Below are positions 53,501-64,000 of a DNA stretch of 64,000 bases, piece by piece. Source of the DNA: Sphaerodactylus townsendi. Its lineage: Eukaryota. Both the position numbers and the translations under genes were made by a program. The notes below the pieces were generated by a model that saw nothing but the letters and a program-made list of their open reading frames with translations, did no database searches and was not told the DNA's origin. Where the stretch lies: assembly GCF_021028975.2 (NCBI RefSeq), contig NC_059427.1:71548001-71612000 (forward strand), read 5' to 3'. Position 1 is the stretch's first letter. Each line of letters starts with the position of its first letter.

Positions 53501-56500
53501 GAGGAAAACTGCACTCCAGTAAGTGATAAGCTCTTCTGTTTGTATTTTTCCATCACAGTATCTCTGCTTGGATGGGATCAGAGCTCTGTTTATATGTATC
53601 CCCCTCCTTTATGTCAACTTTCAGTCTGGAAAAGGTTCTGGCAATATATATGTCCCCTCCCCCACTGTCTCTCATGTACTGGAAAGAGTTAGAGCCCAAA
53701 GCTGACATGATGTAGACAGCTGCTGTGTTTTCCCCATTCTCATAGCAAGTGAATGTGAATGTGTGTGGTGGTGGTGGATGTCTGATATTGGCATCCAAAG
53801 GGGCATACAATAAGGAAGAATCAAGTCTGTAGCCACAAATAGGCCTGTGAGGGTCTTGTCCTCCAAATGTTGTACCAGGCACTTCCTTTTGTATTAAATT
53901 CATTTGTTAAATACCTTTGAATACATCAGATGATGTGTAAAAACTCAAGTTACTAGGCCCAAGCCAAAATGTTGGCACTTACCTTTTACAGCCATAAATG
54001 GCTTGGGATCAAGGTGCCTGAGATGTCCTCTCCTGAGTCCCTTATAATCCTACCGACCAACCATAGAGCCCTGAGCCCGGCTCTCTATTCTCTTGTAAGC
54101 ATAAGTGAGCCAAGTGATTAATAGAGAATGAGGGCTTTCCTCAGGGGTGGCTCCCTGGTTGTGATATGCTCTGCCGTTTGCGATGCACCTGCCGTTTACT
54201 TTTATTACTTTATTGACTTTAAGGCACCTGGCAAAAACGTTTCTTATCACCCAGTCTTTTGGCTCATTTTCAATCCTCTTGGTATCTGATGTTTTACTGC
54301 ATCCTCTCTGTTTTAAACCATTTTATGTTGCAGATTGTGTTAAACATATGCTGCTTCCATGTGGAGGTTTTGCCTTCTGTGGCCAGCTGGATGCTTCAGC
54401 TTTTTTGAGGGAGCTTCCATACAACACCATACCCAGAACATGATACAGTTTACTTTCCCATTTTGAATCAGAGTTGACTCAACGGGAAACTGTGGGTTGA
54501 GTTTCCTTGTGGACCCTCCCTGCCACTAGTGAGGGGTCAGAGCTAAGGTCCACAGTTGCTTCCCTTCTAAGCTCTTTAATGAGACACCACCACCCAACCA
54601 CCTGGCAAGCTGACCTACAGTGCTTTGAGCACCACAGTTCGACTGTGGAGTAAGGATTGTTGCCAGGTGGTGGTGGGGATTCCATTGCTTCCTGCACCAC
54701 CAAGAGTGGGATAGTGATGGAGATTATTTTATTTCACCCATTATTTACAAAGCTCAAAGTGGCATACACGGCTGGTCTCATTTTATCCCTACAGCGATCC
54801 TGGCAGGTCGATAAGGTAGAGGGAAAGCAAGTTACATGGTTGACTTGGATTTGAACCCAGATTTTCCAAGTCATAATCTAACACTCTAACCACTGTATAT
54901 CCCTGATATCCACATTGTGCCTGTCTTTTTTTCCTTTTTGGGGTTTAAAGCATCTATTTGTGACTGGGCAAACAGCATAGAGGGAAGAGTTAATTCTCCC
55001 CCTGCAGGCCTGATCCGTACTGGGGGCCTCTACAGGATGCTTTTTGTAACTCAGTTACACTTCTGGTAATCTGGCCATGGATGCTCAACATCATGTGTAG
55101 TTTGGCCCTTATCTGTAGTGTGTTGCTTGTCATATTCTTAGATCTGCCTACAGACAGCTTGCTGTACTTTCATGCCCCCTTTCATGTTAAAATAAGACAT
55201 TCTACCCTCAACTATATGGTGGAGTCCACCAGAGTGTTTTAGCAGACAGAAGAATTTCTGTCCAGGAAGTGTGATGTTCTTACCTTCCCCTCCTGCACAG
55301 CTCCAAATTCCCCCAAGTGCTGTTCCTGTGGGTTTCCTGCCCCCTTGAGCAGTGTTTTTTTTTTGGGCATTTGGATCTGCAAGGGAGGGGAGTACAAAAG
55401 TCATACAGTTGAAAATCCTTCCACCCACAAAAATGTTCTGGTGGATGAAAGCCAATATATGGTTTGATCAAGCACACAGATAAGCAAACCTTTCTCATCC
55501 TGACATATCTTGTTTAGCCATTGAGTCTGCTCATAGTGGACTTACATGTTGTGCTTCTTCTGGCAGTTCATCTCTGTCAAACTCAATCACTTTTGGCTGT
55601 GAGGAAGCTCTTTTTCTTCTTGATTGAACTCCTGTTCAAAAGGAGTCCAAATTCTGAACCTATTAAAGCTGATCGTAACTGTCTCCTTAAAAACCATATT
55701 AACCTCCTATTTTCTCCTGTTTGGAGCATTCCTTTTGGATCTCTAATGCCTGCCATCTCTGTTCTCTGACAGCATGGCAGCCGCTATGATGGGCAAATTG
55801 CTGTTTTTGGTGCTGATTTCCAGGAACGGCTTGGAAAGCAGAAATACTTTGTGGTGAGTTTGGCCAACTGTATGTGACATCAAGGGGGTTGAATGAAGAT
55901 GATGAAGAGGTCCTGAGAGCAGAATAGCGATTGGGGAGGGGGGATGTGACTTATGAGGGCTATGCTTGTAAGAAGGAACAGGAATAGAAGGCCTAGTATG
56001 TTAGTAGTAAATGGGACCCACAGATTCAGGGAGCTGGAAAAATCCAGTGAGTTGTATAGTTACGCCCTTTGCTATAAAGCAGTGCTGACAGTACTGTTGT
56101 TTGTACAGCCATAATTGTAGTTGTTTGTACAGCCATAATTTTGATGACATTTTTACAATGTTCTGTACTATTCATGGTATTTTCCACAACACACACACCT
56201 GGACAGTCAGTAAATCCTTGGAAATGGAGGAATTCTTGGGGGTATTCTTACTGACCAACTCTCTCTCCTAAATAGCTTCTTATGTAAGTTCCTTCAAAAG
56301 TGCTGGTAGATCTCTAGCAGCCTGGGCAAGTCTTTTGAAAGACTCCAGGGGCTTCTTCCATAATTAATGAAGGAAGTACAATGCAGCTTTTCTAATCACA
56401 GGAGTTGCTGAGATCTTTCCACTTATGGTAGTAGTTGAAACGTGGAGGGGTGGGGAAGAATATATTTACTAAACGTGATGGCTGCATTGGTTGTTGGTGT

Positions 56501-59500
56501 AAAGTACATTAATATGAAATAAATCAAAGGCCTGGCCCAAGAGGAGCAAATGTGCAGGACTGCTTGACTTTGGTATTTGGCAGAGAGGCAACATGAAGGG
56601 TAGTGGTGGGACTCAGCAGGTTCGCACCACTTCGGCAAAACTGGTTGTTAAAATGGTGCTTGTAAACAATCATTTGTTAAATTATTTGAATCCCACCACC
56701 AGAACCGGTTGTTAAATTATTTTAATCCCACCACTGATGAAGGGGTATAGTTTGGGGTAGCCCAACTAATATTGACTCCTGCAGACATGCTGCTTGCTTT
56801 TCCCAGTCAGTCAGGCATGAGAACAGGACAACTGGTTCTGGGCAATGACAACGACAATACTTCTTGGATTCCTTCATATCATCCCACTGAAGTGCAGGAT
56901 GGTGGTGCATCTTCATTTTGATTCCCTCTCTTGGAATGATGTATTGTGTTTGGTTTTGGACACGACAGTTTAAGAAGGATGTAGACAAGCTGGAACATTT
57001 GCTACTAATCTCAGGGAAATGGCATGTTTTTTGTTTGTAATCAGTTTAAACGTGCCAGAATTTCAGCATTTACTTTTACTTTTACATCCATTCATTATTT
57101 TTATCTACTCTCTAACTGATAAAGACCAGCTTGATGCAATATAGCAGTCATCAACAAAGCATCATTGTTGAGTTCTTCTGGGAATAATAAATTTATATTG
57201 CTTAACGATAGGCACAATTTCAAGAGGGCCTCTATGATAAAATCCTAATCTCCTTCATATCCTGTAATTCTGGTTTCATTTGTCTTTGAAGCAATTAGAA
57301 AGTCACAGTTGGTGTTGTTAAAATCGTTGTGTCAAATTCTTCTGTTTCAAGACAGAGGCTAGATCGCCATCCGACAGTGCTGATGATTCTGTAAACTTGA
57401 GCATGTCATGAGAGGGAGGGCAGGAAGGGATGGGTCCATGCTTGACTTTCATGACTCTTTGGGTTCAGGAAGCAATTTTCTCCAGGCCAGATTGATCCGG
57501 GAGGGTTCCCCCCCCCCCACATCTTCTGGGCATGCAGCAGGGGTCACTGGGGTGTGGGGGAGGAGGTAGTTGTTTCCTGAATTGTGCTGGGGTTGTCCCT
57601 GGAGGTCCCTTTCATCTCTATGTTTCTATGAGGTTTCTGCCTGTATTTTAGCAGAGGAAAGGATCAGTGTTGCCTTGGATCTCTTTTGCTCGGGCAGGCA
57701 TGAAGGCACCCAGTCTGGTACCTTGCATGGCATGTTTCAACCAATTTGTAGCACATCTGTCTTTTCTGGCTGAAGTTTGGGTGTCTCTGATAAAGTCAAT
57801 GATGTAAAGAGAGGTGGGGTGGAGTGCTTTGGCAGATCATGGAGGAGGCAGATAAGGAAGAGAAGTAAGGTGGGATGGGACACCCCCTCCTCTGTCTCCA
57901 CGGTTGCTTTCACCCTGCTTTGCCTTCACTTATGGGCTACAGAGTAACTAGTGCTCTCTGCCCCATTCTCCCTATTTAGATGCTGTTCTTTGTTAAATTT
58001 AATTTAGTCTTGTGCAGTGGATCAGAGAGTATATACCCATTTCCTTTTACGCTAGTTACAATCGTCTGGAAGCCTGAAGCCTGTTTTGTGCCTCCTCATT
58101 TTCAGTTGTTTGCCATGGGCACTGCTTGTTTTTATAATTTTTGCAAATGTTAATAGCTTTCACAGAAATCTGTAGGTTTCTCAAATGACCTGCCTGGGTC
58201 TCTTGTGTTTTTTTAAAAACCACATTTGTTTAAAATAGTCCCCTTCGCTGGTCCGGAAGTAGTTTATTCATTTGGGCATTGATGACATGAGATTAGGTTG
58301 ACTTTTCCCTTGACTTCAGTGCCTATTTTTCCAGTGCTTTGTGATGAAGGAAATGTTGACTCCACCAGAAGATGAATAATGATTTTTGTATGAGTAACTA
58401 ATCCAGATCTGCTTTGCAGCTGTTGCTGGAGTTTCTTTGTAAACATAACATTTGCTCTCATAGTTGTCTGTGAAGAAACCTGGAAGCATTTCACCCTAAA
58501 GTGTAGCAAATTTTTAAAGGTGGTCTCCAGACTTTATTACCACAAAATAAAAGTGTTTGGATTATGGTGTAAATGGCAATTGCAATGGTCAGTAATGTTT
58601 ATATCCAAGGGTGTCACCATCTGCAGTTCTGCATGTGTAACTTTTATGGGAAATTTGGCATGGATTCCTAAGAATCTTTGCAGTTATTTTGTGGCCTCTG
58701 TGGCTTTGTGGTAGTTTTTAATATCTACATGCCTAGCTACCTCAGCTCAAATCCTGGGGTAAGAATAAACAATGCAAATTGAGTGTTTCTAAAAGAGACT
58801 CAGATTTACATAATGTTTCTTGATTTGCTTTATCTGTTTTTAGTACAGCATTCAAGACTTCTGGGTGTACTATTTGGAATCTTTTTGGCACAGGTATAAA
58901 AGGCTCCTGATTGTATCTAATTAGTGTATAAACTCTAATTTGATTAAACATTTGCAGTGCTTTTTTATCCTGCAGTGCTTTGACAGCCTTCCCTAGAATA
59001 CATTCATTGTTAGGCCCAGACTTGCATCATTTACATTCTTGAAATGTATCTTACGGAATAGTCTAAAGCAGAATTCCACCCCTCTAAGTCAATTGAAGTC
59101 TGCTTAGAATTTCACTTCTTGTTGATTTTCAGCTCCAATCTAAGCATGTTTACTTAGAAGCAGTCCCGATGAAGTTTGATTCAAAATAGCCAGGCTGTCT
59201 TGGACGGAAATAACTACATAAACAAATTATAGGGGAGAATTCCAGTGGGTTCCTGACAAACAGCTCTAGACCAGTGTTTCCCCTGTTGCCTTTTGGATTT
59301 CTTCACCAGACATNNNNNNNNNNNNNNNNNNNNNNNNNNNNNNNNNNNNNNNNNNNNNNNNNNNNNNNNNNNNNNNNNNNNNNNNNNNNNNNNNNNNNNN
59401 NNNNNNNNNNNNNNNNNNNNNNNNNNNNNNNNNNNNNNNNNNNNNNNNNNNNNNNNNNNNNNNNNNNNNNNNNNNNNNNNNNNNNNNNNNNNNNNNNNNN

Positions 59501-62500
59501 NNNNNNNNNNNNNNNNNNNNNNNNNNNNNNNNNNNNNNNNNNNNNNNNNNNNNNNNNNNNNNNNNNNNNNNNNNNNNNNTCAAATTGAAACACAAAGTGC
59601 TACTTATGCTCCTGGCAGGAGAATCAGGTTGTAGATAGCACCCCACCATTTCTTGGTTTCACAGATAATTAAATGGCTTAGAGCACTGACTGGATTAGGA
59701 TTTTGGATCAGGACTGCAGAATGTATATGCTGTCTCCTCACACTTTTACTACTTGGGGCAGATAATACCTCTAGATGGTCAAATTGCATCCGAACAATGG
59801 GAGAAGACTAAAAGTCACCCTCTTCCTAGTGTTACATTCCAGATCTGGGTGGGGGTGGGTGTCTACTTATGGAAATATAAAGACATAGCAGTTTTGATCA
59901 AGAATTTCCAATATCTATTCTAGCTGAATTTAAGCAACTGAGAGGCAGATTCTGAAATTTACTAGCTTGGTAACCTTTCCCATTGGCTAGATAATATTTC
60001 TCTCACTTCAAATCTAGCAGGCCCTGGAGGGCTGTTTCTTGTCTTTCTTTGTTCCTCTCCTGCTCTCTTTAATGTTTCATGCACTAAGCCAAGTTAAACA
60101 TTTTCCCAATCCATCAAACATCATTTTGTTTGTGTATGCTTTTTAGCTCTGCAGGTTCTCTCCAATGAAATAGCCATACTGACAGATCAATTAAAAATGA
60201 AATGAAATCAAGAGCAAATTGTGGAATTACCTTTCCTAATGATATCAGGAAATGACTGATTAAAGGATTAATTGTGATGCTGCCAGTTGCTGGAAGAAAC
60301 AGTTCCATTCCTTTAAATTATGTGGGACATTATTGAATAAATATACTTCTAGTACCCTGTTATAGTGACTCTGCATAGGATTGCACAGTAAGAATCTCTC
60401 TTAGGATGGGGCTTTGCAGGATCTGAAAAGGGGACAGAATACTGTATTTTTCAGTATAGCACTGAAGTTGTAAATCCACATCTAGCTGATTAGAGAATCA
60501 TGCTCCTCAAGTTCAACAGGATTTACTTTCAGTACCATTGGATGGGATTGGCATTTTAGTGCTGCTTCTTGACTGTTGTGGCATTTGTCTTTCCCCCACA
60601 AAGTTCATCTGTGTGTTCTTAAGTAGGGCATTTTTTCTAGTTTTCTGGTTCAAACTTCCACACAGGTCTCTTCTTGTGTAGGTGAGAGCATGAGGAGGTC
60701 ACTAGTGTGTTGACAGGCAGTGTGTTGCTGAGTCATATACTAGTAATCTTAGACCAAGTTTCAAAAAGGTTTGGAAGATAGTTGATTTATGTGATAAAAG
60801 AGGGTTGGGTTGATATTACATCCTGGTTTTACTCCTTTTTCTTGTTTGAACGTCTCACATTGTTCTCTATGTGTTACACACATTTGATGAATTGGCACAC
60901 AGATCGGATGAGGTTTTAGGTTTCCTTCAAGTTCTTGTTTTGTTACAAATTATGGTTTAGTTCATAATGCCAGATGGAAGCAAAAAATGTATTTTGAAGA
61001 CAAATATTTTCCCCTTTTCACAAGTGTTTGCTAATGAGCATCTGTAGTACAAAATGTGTCCAGTGAGTCGTTTTTCACAAAGAGTGTGAACTCAATTTGT
61101 TTTTCCTTATAATGTGGAAGTCACGGCCCTCAGTTTGCAAGACCTGAGGCCCCTTCTGCACGTGCAAAATAATGCATTTTCAAACCACTTTCACAACTGT
61201 TTGCAAGTGGATTTTGCCATTCCGCACGGCTTCAAAGAGCCCTGAAAGCAGTTTGAAAGTGCATTATTCTGCATGTGCGGAATGAACCTGAGCTAGGCTG
61301 TTAATGATAGGACGCTTTGGAGGAGTTTGATTCATAAGGTTGCCATGAGTCAACAGTGACTTGGCAGCACTTAACATACATAATGTGTGTTCCATACACT
61401 CCCTGAAAGAGGAGTGTGAAGGACTACAAGTAGGAAATACCATGTTAACACTGAAAGGTAACTTAAGTTTCCCAGGAGAGAAATGCAATCGAAGGCTATA
61501 GGAATCTAGTTTCCTATTTATGAATCATTCCTGAAAAGAACATGTATATGTTTCAATTCTGAATAACAGCATTCTACATATATTCCTGAATTGGAGCCAA
61601 TCCAGTAGACTGTGAAGGAAAATCTTATACCAGAAACAGGCTTGTAACTTGAAAATGTCACCTGTTCCCTTATCCCCTATCCTACCCCAGGAAATGCTGA
61701 GAGCAACTAAGCTCAGGGCTGCATCTAGAATGCCACAGGTATTGTGTCAATCTTAGTGCTTCTTCCTCAGGTAGGAGCGGGTGCCATTGGCTGTGAACTG
61801 TTGAAGAACTTTGCAATGATTGGCTTGGCTGCTGGTGAGGGTGGGAACATCACTGTGACAGACATGGACACAATTGAATATTCCAACCTCAACCGTCAGT
61901 TCCTCTTTCGACCACAGAATGTGTCTGTAAGTTTTGCAGAGATGATGATGAGGCTTGGGGAAGTGTGTGTGTATGGGAGGAGGGGCAGTTTGACCAAGCT
62001 ATGTGTCTCAAGTAGTACTAAAATGCCATTCATTATGCTGAAAAGCATAATCTAGGCTCTGGTATGGCTAGTCTCATGCCACCTTAGCTAATGACTGAGC
62101 AATTGACCAAATGAAGTAAGTTCTGTTGATTTCCATTCTAGCTCCTCTTAATAATATTCTCTTTGTCCCTATAGAAGTTGAAATCACAAGTGGCAGCAGC
62201 TGCCATAAAGCTCATGAATCCCTGCGTCAGTGTAACAGCTGAGCAAAATCAAGTTGGACCTGATACCGAGTGCTACTATGGAGATGAATTCTTCCTTGGC
62301 GTGGATGGTGTAGCCACTGCCCTGGACAGCCTGCAAGCCAGTGAGTGTTCCAGATGGCATGCCAATGGCCTTTCCACTGTACTGTGGGTTTGGTCATTCC
62401 ATGTTCAGAATAAAATGTGTAAAGTGGATTTCTTTGCAGGCATTGCCTTAATAAGAATTATCATCTGCTCAGTGTTTGTAAAATGTTTTCAAAGCATTTG

Positions 62501-64000
62501 ACAGACAATGTTTCAGTTCCAACAGGGCTTTTGCTTGTTTTGTACCATAAGCTAGGGTGGTGAAGAGTAAGGAAAGATGGAACACTGAAAAAAGAAAACC
62601 ACAATCGAGGGTGTGGGTTATGGCAAGAACAGAGAACTGTGTAGATGTGGACACTTACCTTTGTGGTGACGGAAAGCTCTGTCTTTTGCTTGAGTCACTA
62701 ATACCAGCTGATAGACCTTTCAGTATGACCTTGTGGGTGAAAAAGAAAGAAGCTACATATTTATTTAATGTAGATCCCACCTTCTTCTATCATGAAATTC
62801 CATCATGACCAGACCCAAACTTCTTTAACTTCAGAAAGTCTGTTAAGTAGCTTGTGCCTTCCATCCATACCCTGACACTCAGGACATCACCTTTTGGAAG
62901 GAGAGGGGAAGAGCATTGTAAGGCTGACTATTGGTTGGATGCATGATAGATCTTGAGGGTCTGCTTTGTGCTGGCCACCTGGTGCCTCTTGGATGAAAAG
63001 TTAACAAGTTGTTGGAGGTCAGGAACACTTCACAAAGGGTTTGTACAGTGAACTGTCAGTGGAAAGGCTATGGCTGAATGGCAGAGAATCCGCTATGCAT
63101 GCAGAATGTCTCAGGTTCAATTCTCAGAATCTCCATTTAAAAGGTAACAGGTGATCTGGAAGACCTCTACTTGAGACACTGGAGACCCACTGCCAGTCAG
63201 AGTAGACTGTACTGAGTTTGCTAGATAAGTTCATACCACAAACTGAACGTGACTCAGCAGTGTGATGTGACAGCCAAGAAAGCCAATGCAATTCTGGGCT
63301 GTACGAACAGGAGTACAGTGTCTAGACTGAGGGACATAATAGTACCACTCTATTCTGCATTGGTCAGATCTCACCTGGAATACTTTGTCCAGTTCTGGCC
63401 ACCAAAATTCAAGGAGTTGTTAGACTCAGTATAAGATTACTTAATTTCTTCTTGTGAATCTTATGTATGTTTACTTGTTGCATAAGGGATTTTGGTCCTA
63501 CTCCCAGGTAAGCATGTATAGGATCGCCACTGATTGATGTTAACATCAGGATCGAGAAAGAGCCAGCGGAACCACCTCAAGGAGCAAGAAGGCTTGAATA
63601 AGTAGTGGGGGATGATCCAATTCGTTGCGGTGCTGAACTTTCCATTGAGGGTCAGTGGCTGCAGAAAGTCCATAATTACTGTTCAAATAATGCCATCAAT
63701 TCAACGGTTCCATTTCCCCTCCTGCCATAATGTTTTTTGTTGTCAGTTCAGGCACAAATGAAAGCAGGAATCTGCAGAAGGAACTACATTCCTTGTAGCT
63801 CTTCATTTTTCTTTCTCTGCAGGAGCATATGTGGGTAAACAGTGCACACAGTACCTCAAGCCTCTGCTTGATTCTGGAACGCAAGGCACCAAAGGACATG
63901 TTCAGGTGTTTGTGCCCTTTCTCACGGAGACATATGGCCATGCTGAGGACCAGGATGAAGAACAGTATCCTCTTTGCACCCTGCGTCACTATCCCACTAC
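38467..64000 (+). CDS. UBA7: Ubiquitin-like modifier-activating enzyme 7 (ISG15 E1, UBE1L), spliced, 3' part outside window
   Basis: Exons 38467-38522, 40730-40898, 43295-43429, 44230-44336, 44587-44677, 44844-44988, 45358-45455, 46015-46161, 46392-46550, 53408-53518, 55773-55853, 61771-61926, 62175-62340, 63823->64000 with consistent phases. E1 motifs [66 protein letters not shown], catalytic [10 protein letters not shown] (Cys codon 63975-63977). Short N-terminus, divergence from UBA1 (PICTLKNFP), ISRE promoter and 3p21-type neighbours favour UBA7 over UBA1. Confidence 0.9.
38985..39155 (+). mobile_element. tRNA-derived SINE (Squam2-like)
   Basis: gggctgtggctcagtgg...gcatgcaaaagatcccagttcaacc head; related copies at about 63061-63228 and 21128-21290. 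Confidence 0.7.
39824..39924 (+). mobile_element. 101-bp hAT MITE
   Basis: TIRs CAGTGGTGGGATTCA / TGAATCCTACTACTG, perfect 8-bp TSD CATGTGGG. Confidence 0.9.
40730..40898 (+). CDS. UBA7: UBA7 coding exon 2
   Basis: [11 protein letters not shown]...[22 protein letters not shown]...DLSSQ. Confidence 0.94.
43295..43429 (+). CDS. UBA7: UBA7 coding exon 3
   Basis: [13 protein letters not shown]...[10 protein letters not shown]...FLSAFQ. Confidence 0.94.
44230..44336 (+). CDS. UBA7: UBA7 coding exon 4
   Basis: [13 protein letters not shown]...ADTKGLAG. Confidence 0.94.
44587..44677 (+). CDS. UBA7: UBA7 coding exon 5
   Basis: [30 protein letters not shown]. Confidence 0.93.
44844..44988 (+). CDS. 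UBA7: UBA7 coding exon 6
   Basis: [12 protein letters not shown]...[19 protein letters not shown]...PICVT. Confidence 0.92.
45358..45455 (+). CDS. UBA7: UBA7 coding exon 7
   Basis: [33 protein letters not shown]. Confidence 0.93.
45707..45919. mobile_element. MITE with TAGGGTTGCCA-type TIRs (hAT-like)
   Basis: taaggttgcca ... tggcaacccta termini; no clean TSD. Confidence 0.6.
46015..46161 (+). CDS. UBA7: UBA7 coding exon 8 (GC donor)
   Basis: [10 protein letters not shown]...[11 protein letters not shown]...LPRPRNQ, 147 nt, ends CAG/gcaaga. Confidence 0.82.
46392..46550 (+). CDS. UBA7: UBA7 coding exon 9
   Basis: [11 protein letters not shown]...[18 protein letters not shown]. Confidence 0.92.
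46790..47238. mobile_element. Older non-autonomous hAT element
   Basis: TIRs cagccctggattaa / ttaatctggtcctg; TSD atcagcag / attagaag (6 of 8 match). Confidence 0.65.
47867..48369. mobile_element. Palindromic non-autonomous hAT MITE (503 bp)
   Basis: Perfect 8-bp TSD GTGGAGAG (47859-47866, 48370-48377); TIRs cagaggtgtag / ctgcctctg; long internal inverted repeat about 47977-48210; related to the 34417 element. Confidence 0.88.
49057..50155 (-). mobile_element. Older CR1 LINE fragment (different subfamily)
   Basis: Broken RT ORFs 49219-49473, 49525-49713 and 49848-50138 ([32 protein letters not shown]); agaatcatag tail. Confidence 0.92.
50160..50760 (-). mobile_element. Degraded L1/Tx1-like ORF2 3' fragment
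   Basis: AT-rich; minus-strand remnants resemble the zf-RVT region (..[13 protein letters not shown]); flanks the CR1, with a similar AT-rich segment at about 48780-49050. Confidence 0.4.
51363..51379 (+). promoter_or_regulatory. Candidate CTCF site
   Basis: TGGCCACTAGATGGCAT closely fits the CTCF core consensus. Confidence 0.5.
53408..53518 (+). CDS. UBA7: UBA7 coding exon 10
   Basis: [24 protein letters not shown]...ENCTP. Confidence 0.94.
53955..54370 (+). mobile_element. Degraded L2 LINE 3' fragment
   Basis: ttacctttacagccataaatggcttggga...agggctttcctcaggggtggctccc...aaaacgtttctt resembles an L2 RT C-terminus. Confidence 0.5.
55773..55853 (+). CDS. UBA7: UBA7 coding exon 11
   Basis: [27 protein letters not shown]. 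Confidence 0.94.
56601..56736 (-). mobile_element. hAT MITE, same family as 39824, with duplicated terminus
   Basis: Perfect 8-bp TSD ATGAAGGG (56593-56600, 56737-56744); ttgttaaattatttgaatcccaccac occurs twice. Confidence 0.88.
59314..59579. other. Assembly gap (266 N)
   Basis: Run of n in the UBA7 intron between coding exons 11 and 12. Confidence 1.
61148..61288. mobile_element. PIF/Harbinger-type MITE inserted in a Sauria-SINE/BovB-like tail
   Basis: About 40-bp imperfect TIRs ggccccttctgcacgtgcaaaataatgcattttcaaac / gtttgaaagtgcattattctgcatgtgcggaatgaacc; 3-bp TSD TGA; followed by ...gttgccatgagtcaacagtgacttggcagcac tail. Confidence 0.72.
61771..61926 (+). CDS. UBA7: UBA7 coding exon 12
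   Basis: [19 protein letters not shown]...[15 protein letters not shown]. Confidence 0.95.
62175..62340 (+). CDS. UBA7: UBA7 coding exon 13
   Basis: [16 protein letters not shown]...[12 protein letters not shown]; tag/AAG NAGNAG acceptor. Confidence 0.92.
63061..63228 (+). mobile_element. tRNA-derived SINE (Squam2-like)
   Basis: ggctatggctgaatggcagag...caggttcaattc head; gagacccactgccagtcagagtagac body. Confidence 0.7.
63235..63418 (+). mobile_element. CR1 RT fragment
   Basis: [16 protein letters not shown]...[19 protein letters not shown]. Confidence 0.85.
63823..64000 (+). CDS. UBA7: UBA7 coding exon 14 (partial, catalytic Cys)
   Basis: [38 protein letters not shown]...[11 protein letters not shown]. 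Confidence 0.93.

Noticed and set aside
59266-59649. ORFs spanning the N run
   Set aside because: Artefacts of the assembly gap; exons 11 and 12 join in phase, so no coding exon appears to be missing.
63526-63660. Possible C/D snoRNA (terminal gccactga/tcagtggc stem, TGATGTTAACATCA palindrome)
   Set aside because: No proper C box or terminal D box; the left stem belongs to a short palindromic repeat at about 63453-63533.
38467-64000. Calling the E1 gene UBA1
   Set aside because: Too divergent from the highly conserved UBA1, short N-terminus, ISRE promoter and 3p21-type neighbours; a phylogeny would confirm UBA7.

Overview
Eukaryotic (vertebrate) genomic DNA, not prokaryotic. The repeat content (CR1, Squam2/Squam3-type SINEs, Sauria-SINE tails, Penelope fragments, hAT MITEs) points to a squamate reptile, probably a gecko (inference). 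Five spliced genes were reconstructed exon by exon from splice sites and reading-frame phase: GMPPB (-, first 7 coding exons, runs off the left edge), NICN1 (+, complete, 216 aa), AMT (+, complete, 415 aa), TCTA (-, complete, 106 aa) and UBA7 (+, 14 coding exons up to the catalytic Cys, runs off the right edge). GMPPB/NICN1 and TCTA/UBA7 are head-to-head pairs on CpG-rich promoters, an order that differs from human 3p21 as I recall it. The only long uninterrupted ORF (6282-7982) is the reverse transcriptase of a young CR1 LINE. The most notable observations are: a Penelope-type minimal hammerhead ribozyme in NICN1 intron 1; an inverted pair of near-identical CR1 copies bracketing NICN1 exons 2-3 (303 nt, in frame, no stop, a circRNA candidate); a family of palindromic hAT MITEs carrying inverted ACTACA-TCCCA (ZNF143/THAP11-type) motifs and a splice cassette on both strands; a perfect 33-bp hairpin; a GC-AG intron in UBA7; a young solo LTR; and a tandem ISRE in the TCTA/UBA7 promoter. 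There is one assembly gap (59314-59579). No database searches were run; family names come from recalled consensus sequences.
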